A stretch of DNA of 51,984 nt from Bacteroidota bacterium (GTDB taxonomy: Bacteria; Bacteroidota; Bacteroidia; Bacteroidales; ML635J-15): assembly GCA_034721855.1 (NCBI GenBank), contig JAYENB010000007.1, positions 38,688 through 90,671 on the forward strand. The letters run 5' to 3'. The translations under genes were made by a program, and so were the position numbers. The notes under the pieces were generated by a model that saw nothing but the letters and a program-made list of their open reading frames with translations, was not told the origin of the DNA and ran no database searches. Position 1 is the first letter of the stretch, and each line of letters starts with the position of its first letter. Positions 8,423 through 16,220 of this stretch are shown one piece after another.

Positions 8423-9883
8423 GTGCCAAGCGTAATCACTGAAGCTATTGAAAACATCACCGAACATGCTGCTGTATGTAATGGCAATGTAACTTCTAAT
8501 GGTGGATACTATGTTACAGAAAAAGGCTTTTGCTGGGGAGTAAGCGAAAATCCGGATACCAACAGTAACAAAGTAGCAGCAGGTGACAGTTTAGGCACAT
8601 TTACATCCCAGCTATCCGGACTTGATGAGAATGTAACTTATAACGTACGTGCTTATGCCCTTAATTCAGTAGGCATTGCCTATGGTGAAAATAAAAGTTT
8701 CACAACAGGCTGCACACCGCCTTCAATAACAAACCAACCATCAGACAAAGGAGTATGCGAAGGTGAACATGTAACCTTCAGTATTATTGCAATAGGTTCA
8801 GGTTTATCTTACCAATGGAAAAAAGATGGCTCCAATATATCAGGTGCAAATAATAATTCATATATCATAAACTCTGTTTCTGCCAGTGATGCAGCAAATT
8901 ATACCTGCTATATAACCGGGGTCTGTGGTAACATTACAAGCAACCAAGCCACATTAACAGTAAATACCCCTCCTTCCATTACATCTCATCCCTCTGACCA
9001 AATTATAAATCCAGATGATAATACAAGTTTCAATGTATCTGCAACAGGCACAAATTTAACTTATCAATGGCAGGAAAACTCAGGTAGCAACTGGCAAAAT
9101 ATTTCAAATGGTGGCAGCAATCCGGCTTATTCAGGCGCTAACAGCTCAAATCTTTCACTTACAAATGTTCCGTATAGTTACGATGGTTACGATTACCGTT
9201 GTGTTGTCAGTGGTACTTGTAATCCTGCAGAAACATCTAATTCTGCTGATTTAGTTGTTTATTTTTTTTGTGGTGCAGATATTACATTTTATTACAATGG
9301 TAGTACGGTAACTTATAGCACAGTATATTCTGCAGGTGAATGTTGGTTAGATAGAAACCTCGGAGCTTCACAAGTAGCAACAAGCAGTACGGACAGCGAT
9401 GCTTACGGTGACTTGTTCCAATGGGGCCGTGGTGATGACGGGCATCAGAACCGCAACAGTGGCACAACAAGCACTCTTAGCGATTCAGATAATCCCGGGC
9501 ATGATGATTTTATTTTAAGTGGAAGTTCACCCTATGATTGGCGTAACCCACAGAACGATAACCTCTGGCAGGGCGTAAGCGGCATCAACAACCCCTGCCC
9601 GAGTGGTTACAGGCTGCCCATTGAAACAGAATTATACAATGAACGTCAATCCTGGTCATCCAACGATGCAGCCGGTGCTTATGGCTCACCCCTTAAGTTT
9701 CCCGTTGCCGGGGCCCAGGGCTACAGCAATGGTTCGCTCTACAATACCGGCTCACACGGCTACTATTGGAGTAGTACGGTGGATGGTACAAACGCCAGAC
9801 ACCTGTACTTCTATAGCAGCAGTGCTAATATGAGTATTCACTACCGTGCAAATGGCAAATCGGTTCGCTGCATTAAGGATTAG
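8423..9883 (+). CDS. Ig-like repeat protein with C-terminal FISUMP-type domain, probably 5'-truncated
   Basis: Two Ig-like repeats (PPSITNQPSD...YTC and PPSITSHPSD...YRC). The FISUMP-like C-terminus reads CWLDRNLGA...FQWGR...GYRLP...YYWSS...RCIKD. The only start is GTG, the frame is open back to 8315 with no ATG, and there is no signal peptide. Confidence 0.65.
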   Translation: MPSVITEAIENITEHAAVCNGNVTSNGGYYVTEKGFCWGVSENPDTNSNKVAAGDSLGTFTSQLSGLDENVTYNVRAYALNSVGIAYGENKSFTTGCTPPSITNQPSDKGVCEGEHVTFSIIAIGSGLSYQWKKDGSNISGANNNSYIINSVSASDAANYTCYITGVCGNITSNQATLTVNTPPSITSHPSDQIINPDDNTSFNVSATGTNLTYQWQENSGSNWQNISNGGSNPAYSGANSSNLSLTNVPYSYDGYDYRCVVSGTCNPAETSNSADLVVYFFCGADITFYYNGSTVTYSTVYSAGECWLDRNLGASQVATSSTDSDAYGDLFQWGRGDDGHQNRNSGTTSTLSDSDNPGHDDFILSGSSPYDWRNPQNDNLWQGVSGINNPCPSGYRLPIETELYNERQSWSSNDAAGAYGSPLKFPVAGAQGYSNGSLYNTGSHGYYWSSTVDGTNARHLYFYSSSANMSIHYRANGKSVRCIKD

Positions 9884-10120
9884 GTGCGCACTAATTAATA
9901 ACAGGGACACAAAGGCGCATTGTATCAACAAACCTAAACATCAAACTATGCACAAGACAACGACAATAAAATTTAGTTGAACGATGATTTGGGTTACCTG
10001 TGGGTTTGGTAAACGTGGCTGGAATGGATTATGGGATGTGTAGGTGAGAGGAGTTCTCTGTTTGTTTTTAGTGGTGGGGCTGGCTATTTAATTGGCAGCT
10101 ATCATTTTTTACTTGAATTA

Positions 10121-11104
10121 CTACCAAAATAGATGTTTTCCACTTCGTTTTTCATCTAAATATTTCTCATTCTTAAATCCCATACCACTGCTATATTGAC
10201 GATCAAAGATATCTCCCATACTTGGATGAGTTTTTATTACATCAGCATAATCAATCTTTTTTTGTTTCAATTTATCTTCAATAAAAGCTCCACAAATTTC
10301 TAGTTTATCAGAGCAAATTAATTTTTCATGGAGAGTTTCCCTCAATAGTAAGAAGTTTACAAAATCAATTGGTTTTTTCTTTCTTGCAATTAATGTCAAA
10401 ATAAATATCTCAAGATCATCTAATTTAACTGCCCAAGGATAAACATCATCTTCATTTTCTAATTTAATAAGGGTTGAAAGATCATTTTGAACTTGGCCAA
10501 ACGATTTTAGGTTTACAATTATTGAGAAATCTTCTTCATACTGTTCTGTATCAATATTATCGATAATATTTCCATCTTTATCAGTTATTGTTAATGGAAG
10601 ATTTTCAATAAATTTCTTTTCAATTCTGCGTATTTGAGTATAACCGTACCCTATGCAATCTTTAAAATCATCCTTAATTCTTATAAAAGCTTTATCAGGA
10701 TCACGTAATGGTTCTCTTAGTGAATAACCTTTTGCTTCGATGATAAAAGCATATTGTTTCCATAGAAATAAAATATCTTGTTCATTTCCATCTACATAAT
10801 AACTATGATAATATTTAAAGTTGGTTTTAAAGAAATTAGAAAAGAAATCAATTATTCTTTCCTCTACTAAAGCTCCTTTTTTCTTTATATATCTCGTTTC
10901 ATTTTCCTTCGTTCTAGTTATCAATTGTTCGAGAAGTAAATTTATTGAATGGATTACCTGCTTAACTTCAAAAACCTGATACATTCCTCTGCCAGTATCT
11001 ATAATTGGTTTTTCATAAAGAGGGTTTCCTGGTCTTGTTGATGTATAATACAAAAAATCGGATTTTTTTCGCTTTACAGATAATAGGTTTAAAACAATAT
11101 TCAC
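10121..11104 (-). CDS. NERD-like PD-(D/E)xK nuclease-fold protein
   Basis: 327-aa ORF with a GTG start. The segment GALVEERIIDFF...EQDILFLWKQYAFIIEAKGYSL fits the G..gE...D-x(n)-(I/V)E-x-K pattern of NERD/PD-(D/E)xK cores. The gene is AT-rich. Confidence 0.5.
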   Translation of the reverse strand: MNIVLNLLSVKRKKSDFLYYTSTRPGNPLYEKPIIDTGRGMYQVFEVKQVIHSINLLLEQLITRTKENETRYIKKKGALVEERIIDFFSNFFKTNFKYYHSYYVDGNEQDILFLWKQYAFIIEAKGYSLREPLRDPDKAFIRIKDDFKDCIGYGYTQIRRIEKKFIENLPLTITDKDGNIIDNIDTEQYEEDFSIIVNLKSFGQVQNDLSTLIKLENEDDVYPWAVKLDDLEIFILTLIARKKKPIDFVNFLLLRETLHEKLICSDKLEICGAFIEDKLKQKKIDYADVIKTHPSMGDIFDRQYSSGMGFKNEKYLDEKRSGKHLFW

Positions 11105-11239
11105 TTTCTCAATTGAAAGTTCATCAATTTGAATTTCTTTAGGAAAAAAGCTGTCTATTATTCACTTGTCAACAAAGACGTTATAGGCTGTGAAATATAT
11201 TGCATGTTGCCAACAGTACTTCACTTATGGTTGAAATTT

Positions 11240-11650
11240 CTATATTTTAGAAGTATTCTTTTTTAAATCATTCCCTAAACTAGTCATATTAAGGGTAGGT
11301 AGATTTATCGGTTCAAATCCTGAAAGATTTGTTAATGTAGAAATGTAAGCTCTAATGTAAGGGAATAGCAATGCAGGAGCATTGATATAGAATAAATCAT
11401 CTAATTTTTCCAAACCTTCACTATTCTCAAACGAATAGTCTGCAACTGATTCTATTTCTATCTTAAATGATTTATTATCATCTTCAATTTTTACCCCAAG
11501 CTGTAACTGAAAGTTGCTATCTTCTTTATTTATAAAGCCTTTGGGAGCAAAACCTAAAGATATTTTTTTTGATGGAGTTTCTTCGTTTCTTTTTATTAAA
11601 GAACGAATGATTTTAAAACTCTTAAATTGAAATTTTGAATAATTTTCCAT
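11240..11650 (-). CDS. SecB-like chaperone
   Basis: 136-aa ORF. NAPALLFPYIRAYISTLTNLSGFEPINLPTLNM parallels the conserved SecB core (E. coli ...NILFPYAR...FPQLNLAPVNF). The length is SecB-like. Confidence 0.7.
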   Translation of the reverse strand: MENYSKFQFKSFKIIRSLIKRNEETPSKKISLGFAPKGFINKEDSNFQLQLGVKIEDDNKSFKIEIESVADYSFENSEGLEKLDDLFYINAPALLFPYIRAYISTLTNLSGFEPINLPTLNMTSLGNDLKKNTSKI

Positions 11651-11653
11651 AGT

Positions 11654-12031
11654 CTAAGCAGCTAAAGCATAATTGTTAGAATATTGAAAATCAACACTCT
11701 CACTAAACTCAACGACAATAAAGTCAATATTAGTTACTTCATTATGAAAAGTAATTGATTTACCTCCTAATTCAAATTCTGCACTTTTTATCTCAGACAA
11801 AGAACCTTCTGAGATGAATACTATATTTTCATTAGGAAAAAGAGATTCAAATTCTTCTTCAAGTTCAGCTTCAAGAATCAAATACCTTTCATCCTCTTTA
11901 AAAAATTCTAAAGGTGTAACCTCAATTATATGGCTATAAGTATTTGCTCTATATTCATATTGTATTTTTATATCGTTAAATTGAGCAAATAACTGTTCTA
12001 ATTTTTCTTTTATGAACTTCTTTGATTTCAT
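11654..12031 (-). CDS. small acidic protein of unknown family with an ssrA-like C-terminal tail (...SNNYALAA)
   Basis: 125-aa ORF. Its start overlaps the upstream stop (ATGA), and its stop lies 3 nt before the SecB-like ATG. The terminal codons at 11657-11680 decode as S-N-N-Y-A-L-A-A. Confidence 0.7.
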   Translation of the reverse strand: MKSKKFIKEKLEQLFAQFNDIKIQYEYRANTYSHIIEVTPLEFFKEDERYLILEAELEEEFESLFPNENIVFISEGSLSEIKSAEFELGGKSITFHNEVTNIDFIVVEFSESVDFQYSNNYALAA

Positions 12032-12435
12032 ACATTGAATTTTTTAATAATATAAGACCTTATTTCAATTGCTTTATCCATAGCATCATTTCCTTTGTCG
12101 TAATTAACCTCTACATTTTCATAGTCAGATTCAACTCGAAATTGCTTCAGATCATTAATTTTTCTTTTAAAATCTCTACTTTCAAATATATTGGATAAAG
12201 ATTTCAACTCATTTGTAATGTAATTTACAACATATTGATGAGTATTTTGTTTTGAAAAGGAAATATTTGCTGATTGAGATTCATAATCAATATTAAAAAA
12301 ATCCTTTATAGTAAATTTTAATAGTTGAAAGCAGCTATAATATGAGCAATGCACACTAGGAGCAAATAAGTTTTGTTCCAAAAGAACTTTAGCAGCATCC
12401 ATATTAAAGTCCGATTTTTGTCTTAGTTTACTCAT
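12028..12435 (-). CDS. HEPN-like helical protein (candidate toxin)
   Basis: 135-aa ORF. It has an N-terminal pattern A..LL....F..S.....YSCFQLLKF, then ...THQYV..., and a C-terminal LKQFRVESDYE, resembling the HEPN (PF05168-type) layout. This was not verified by profile search. Confidence 0.5.
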   Translation of the reverse strand: MSKLRQKSDFNMDAAKVLLEQNLFAPSVHCSYYSCFQLLKFTIKDFFNIDYESQSANISFSKQNTHQYVVNYITNELKSLSNIFESRDFKRKINDLKQFRVESDYENVEVNYDKGNDAMDKAIEIRSYIIKKFNV

Positions 12436-12445
12436 TGTTGGAACA

Positions 12446-12453
12446 CAAAAGTA
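12446..12453 (-). promoter_or_regulatory. -7 box TACTTTTG, with TTTG at 12470-12473
   Basis: Matches TAnnTTTG 10 nt upstream of the ATG at 12435. Confidence 0.4.
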
Positions 12454-12845
12454 TTATTATTTTTTTAAACAAACAATAAATATTGGTTAATTTTGATTAC
12501 TGCAACAAAGCAGCCAAATCCTCTCGTATTTTTGGCAACTCATTTATCCCCCCCCCACAAAAGTACGTTCATACATAATCGTTTGATGTATATCCACACC
12601 TCTTATGCAGGTTTATTACTCAAATATTATTTATTCAAATAATTCATAAAACAATCTGACTTGCTAAAATAGGTAAAAAGATGACAAGAAAAAATAAAGG
12701 GGATAGATATTACAACAAAAACTTAGAAATTTTTCTTAGAACAGTAACTTAGAAGCCCTTTAATGCGCGGAAGACATGTTCCAACAGAATGCAAATTGAA
12801 AAAAGTTACCATTTTAAAACCTTTGTTTTTGTGCAAATTTTGTGC

Positions 12846-12888
12846 AACTGACGAACGAAACAAGGTCAGAGGCAAAGTTGCCACCTTG
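12846..12888 (+). repeat. 43-nt fragment matching the MITE core (reverse complement of 22355-22397)
   Basis: 39/43 identity: AACTGACGAACGAAACAAGGTCAGAGGCAAAGTTGCCACCTTG versus AACTGACGAACGAAGCAAGGGCAGAGGCAAAGCTGCCACCCTG. Confidence 0.8.
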
Positions 12889-13285
12889 TGCCGCGCTGAA
12901 CATGCATATACAAACCTTTACATGTTTTCCTTATCTATCAACAAAATTTTTGTCAATGCAAGGTATTATCTCAATATTTATTACGCCAAATATACAAAAA
13001 ATTTGCCCTGCTTCATTGCTGTTTAAGTCCTTTCTACTTTCAAAAATGCACTTTTTACTGACATCTTTTGGAATGTTGTTAACAACCCCACTGTCACTGC
13101 CACTCAATACAGACAAACATTTCATTCATCTTCAATGTGTTGTATTTTTATCTGTAAATTTATGTATGTCTTCATCAAAGAAAATGTTTCCCGATAAAGG
13201 CCTCCGGCTGCAATCATGGGATTATGGTTGGAAAATAATATAAGCTTTTCTAAATTTCAGTTTACGTAACTAGTCAGGTACATTT

Positions 13286-13552
13286 AATTGTTACCGCTGA
13301 GACGCAAAGGCGCTAACCCGTCTGTCGCCGGGCAAGCTCTGCCTGCCGGCAGGCAGGGAAATGGAAAAAAAAGAATTAAATCGCTTACCATCAAATAACG
13401 AAAGCACGATGGAACGATAGCGAGAAGGCACGAAGGTGTGAGGGGACGATGTAACGTCTGCATTTAAGTATGCAATCGTGCTATCATGCAATCATGCAAT
13501 CGTGCAATCGTAACTTTGCGGTGAGGAGCTACTTTTGTTGATGCTGATTAGT
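13286..13552. repeat. expanded copy of the hairpin element at 30385-30450, carrying internal palindromes and inverted CACGA arrays
   Basis: The end arms match the compact copy at 36/40 and 17/19. Internal features are an 18-bp perfect palindrome CTGCCTGCCGGCAGGCAG (13339-13356), forward CACGA-type units (13397-13436) and reverse units (13470-13511). Confidence 0.75.
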
Positions 13553-13585
13553 TACCAGTTTACCCGTCAGATGGCAAAAAAATCC

Positions 13586-13593
13586 TATATTTG
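13586..13593 (+). promoter_or_regulatory. -7 box TATATTTG
   Basis: 25 nt upstream of the ATG at 13619. Confidence 0.45.
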
Positions 13594-13618
13594 TAATATC
13601 AAAAAATGACGGTACCCG

Positions 13619-14857
13619 ATGGCCCAAACCAAAATGCATTTATTGTTTATTATTGTGTTGCTTTTTACTGTAAACACAGTGTTTGCATGCACAACATTTG
13701 TGATTTCGGGAGAGCATACCCCCGACGGAAAACCACTCTTGTTTAAAAACCGGGATACCGGATGCATGGACAATGCGCTGGTGCTCTTTGAAGACGGTAA
13801 ATACAAATACATTGCCGTGGTTAATGGCAATGAAAACTGGGATAAGGAAGTCTGGGGTGGATACAATGAAACCGGGTTTGCCATTGTCAATGCTGCTGCA
13901 TACAACAACAATACAGGAGATACAACACAACTTAAAGACCAGGAAGGCGTGGTGATGAAAATGGCGCTGCAACATTGCAGGACCCTGCAGGATTTTGAAC
14001 GTCTGCTTGATACCTTGAACAAGCCCATGGGTGTGGATTCTAATTTTGGTGTGATTGATGCTTCAGGAGGTGCAGCATACTATGAAACCGGAAATTACAA
14101 TTACAAAAAATTTGATGCCAACGACCCTGATGTTGCGCCTCACGGATTTTTGGTCAGAACCAATTTTTCCGTGAGTGGAGATACCACTAAAGGGTATGGA
14201 TTTATACGGTACAATACAGCTTTACAGGTGCTCAATGAAGGCCTTAATCGCAATCAGTTGAGCCCGCAATATGCATTTGATAAGCTTTCACGCAACCTTT
14301 ATCAATCCCTGACAGGAACCAATTTGGGTGATAACCTCCCCGCATCACGGGATACACGTGACCTTCGCTTTTTTATTGATTACATTCCACGGGTATCAAC
14401 GTCTGCAGCCATGCTGATTGTGGGAACAGGAAACGAAAAACAGGCAGATGAAGTCATGATGTGGACAGTGCTGGGCTCCCCGTTGTGTTCTGTGGCAGTG
14501 CCTGTGTGGTTATCCGCAGGGAAGCCATTGCCACGGGTTCTGGCTATGAACGACAGCCTCAGAGCTCCGCTTTGCAATGCTGCTTTGGCATTAAAACAAG
14601 ACTGTTTCCCGGTGACCCGGGGCAGTGGTAAAAAATACATAAACCTTTCTGCGGTAATAAACCAGGAACAAACAGGGTATTTGCAATTGTTGAAACCCGT
14701 TGAAAACACCATTTTCGAAAAAGGGGAAAAGCTTTGTGTTCACATAGCCAACGGAACCAAATCATATAATGACATTCAGGCATTTTACACCTGGGTAGAT
14801 AAATATCTGAACAACTTTTACAAGGAAAAATTCAATTGTGCCCTTGTGAAAAAATAA
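13619..14857 (+). CDS. secreted Ntn-hydrolase family protein (choloylglycine hydrolase / C45-like)
   Basis: 412-aa ORF. The signal peptide ends ...TVFA|CTTFV, exposing an N-terminal Cys nucleophile, followed by KNRD. Confidence 0.7.
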   Translation: MAQTKMHLLFIIVLLFTVNTVFACTTFVISGEHTPDGKPLLFKNRDTGCMDNALVLFEDGKYKYIAVVNGNENWDKEVWGGYNETGFAIVNAAAYNNNTGDTTQLKDQEGVVMKMALQHCRTLQDFERLLDTLNKPMGVDSNFGVIDASGGAAYYETGNYNYKKFDANDPDVAPHGFLVRTNFSVSGDTTKGYGFIRYNTALQVLNEGLNRNQLSPQYAFDKLSRNLYQSLTGTNLGDNLPASRDTRDLRFFIDYIPRVSTSAAMLIVGTGNEKQADEVMMWTVLGSPLCSVAVPVWLSAGKPLPRVLAMNDSLRAPLCNAALALKQDCFPVTRGSGKKYINLSAVINQEQTGYLQLLKPVENTIFEKGEKLCVHIANGTKSYNDIQAFYTWVDKYLNNFYKEKFNCALVKK

Positions 14858-14994
14858 GCATCAAAAGGTTGCATAAAAATGTCAGCATCCTTGTTATTAA
14901 AAAAAACAATGAAAATTTTGATTGCAGTAAAAAAAAACATACCTTACTAAAAATTTAAACTACACTTATTGTTAATTTAAATTGGAGGTATGTT

Positions 14995-15927
14995 ATGGTT
15001 CATTACAGCAAGTTTCCTTTACTTTTAATGTTTTGTCTGATGGTCTTGTTTATTTCATCTTGTGAAGATGACGCTGAGGATGAAGAAATATCCCCTGAAA
15101 ACCCGCCTCCCGGCATGTTATGGATTGATGGCGGTAACTTTAACATGGGAGATGTCTGGGATACAGGAGACAGCGTTGAAAAACCTGTTCACAACGTAAC
15201 ACTTAGTGGGTTTTTTATTGGAAAACATGAAATCAGCAATGCTGAATTTATCAGCTTCCTCAATGGTGTTGGTGCGGATGCAGATGGAAAATACAACGGG
15301 CACAAGCTTTTGGATATGGACGATGATTATTGCAGTATAAAATATCATGATGGTAGTTTTTCATATTCCCAAAGCGAATTTTCTGAAGGAAACAACAGTG
15401 CAGTAGCAGAAGTAACCTGGTATGGTGCCATTGAATATTGCAACTCGCTGAGCCTGGAAAATGAACTTGATCCATGTTACACTATTGGGGATGAGGTCAC
15501 CTGTAATTTTAGTGCCAATGGATACCGGTTGCCCACAGAGGCAGAATGGGAATATGCTGCAAGGGGTGGAGGACGTTCTGATCAACAATATGCAGGTACA
15601 AATTCAGAAGAAGAGATCAGTAATTATGCGTGGACACAAGGTAATGCTGACAATAAAACACACAATGTAGGGACAAAGTCACCTAATGACCTTGGTTTGT
15701 ATGATATGTCAGGAAATGTGCATGAATGGTGCTGGGATTGGTATGGGTCCTATAACTCTGATGACCAAATAGACCCCAGAGGGCCATCTGACGGGTATTA
15801 CCGTATCTTACGTGGCGGTTCATGGATTTTGAATGCATACGAATGCCGTACTGCCAAACGTTTTTATTGCTTCCCCCCTGATTGCACTGATCTAATTGGC
15901 TTCAGAATCGTTGTAGGTACATACTAA
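14995..15927 (+). CDS. formylglycine-generating enzyme (SUMF1/FGE) family lipoprotein
   Basis: Lipobox-like FISSC. FGE-family motifs include YRLPTEAEWEYAARGG, GLYDMSGNVHEWCWDWY and RILRGGSW. Confidence 0.8.
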   Translation: MVHYSKFPLLLMFCLMVLFISSCEDDAEDEEISPENPPPGMLWIDGGNFNMGDVWDTGDSVEKPVHNVTLSGFFIGKHEISNAEFISFLNGVGADADGKYNGHKLLDMDDDYCSIKYHDGSFSYSQSEFSEGNNSAVAEVTWYGAIEYCNSLSLENELDPCYTIGDEVTCNFSANGYRLPTEAEWEYAARGGGRSDQQYAGTNSEEEISNYAWTQGNADNKTHNVGTKSPNDLGLYDMSGNVHEWCWDWYGSYNSDDQIDPRGPSDGYYRILRGGSWILNAYECRTAKRFYCFPPDCTDLIGFRIVVGTY

Positions 15928-16161
15928 GTGGGGTGATATCCGAACAGATTTATTAAGATCATTTGTGATATTGTCTTATGGGGACTTCAATTAATTCTTT
16001 TATTTCAAGTTTGTTATCGTTTATGAGAAGGATACAAACATGGTTTTTGTGTTACCTTCAAAATAATGTTCAACATAATTGCGGATTCGAACTTATGTTC
16101 GGAGTGGGTTTTTTCTTTGAACAAAAACATAAAATTATTTGGTAACCACAAAGATAAAGCC

Positions 16162-16169
16162 TACATTTG
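16162..16169 (+). promoter_or_regulatory. -7 box TACATTTG for the rimP-nusA-infB operon
   Basis: Matches TAnnTTTG, 51 nt upstream of the rimP ATG. Confidence 0.45.
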
Positions 16170-16187
16170 CAGTGAGAAAAAAGAGAA

Positions 16188-16208
16188 AAGGGGACATGGA
16201 GTCCCCTT
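16188..16208 (+). promoter_or_regulatory. leader hairpin AAGGGGAC-ATGGA-GTCCCCTT
   Basis: Perfect 8-bp stem in the predicted 5' UTR, followed by ATTTAGTATTAT and the rimP start. Confidence 0.4.
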
Positions 16209-16220
16209 ATTTAGTATTAT

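Noticed and set aside
11305-11320. GGTTCAAATCC, resembling a tRNA T-arm
   Set aside because: There is no acceptor or anticodon arm context, and it lies inside the SecB-like CDS.
12763-13491. ORFs 12763..13026, 12842..13243, 12931..13125 and 13291..13491 in the 1.2-kb gap
   Set aside because: They overlap each other and overlap repeat elements. They have no recognisable domains and no promoter or start context. The region itself remains unexplained.
13585-14783. Antisense and alternative-frame ORFs within the Ntn-hydrolase gene
   Set aside because: They lie inside a well-supported CDS with a signal peptide and a Cys nucleophile, and no independent support exists for them.
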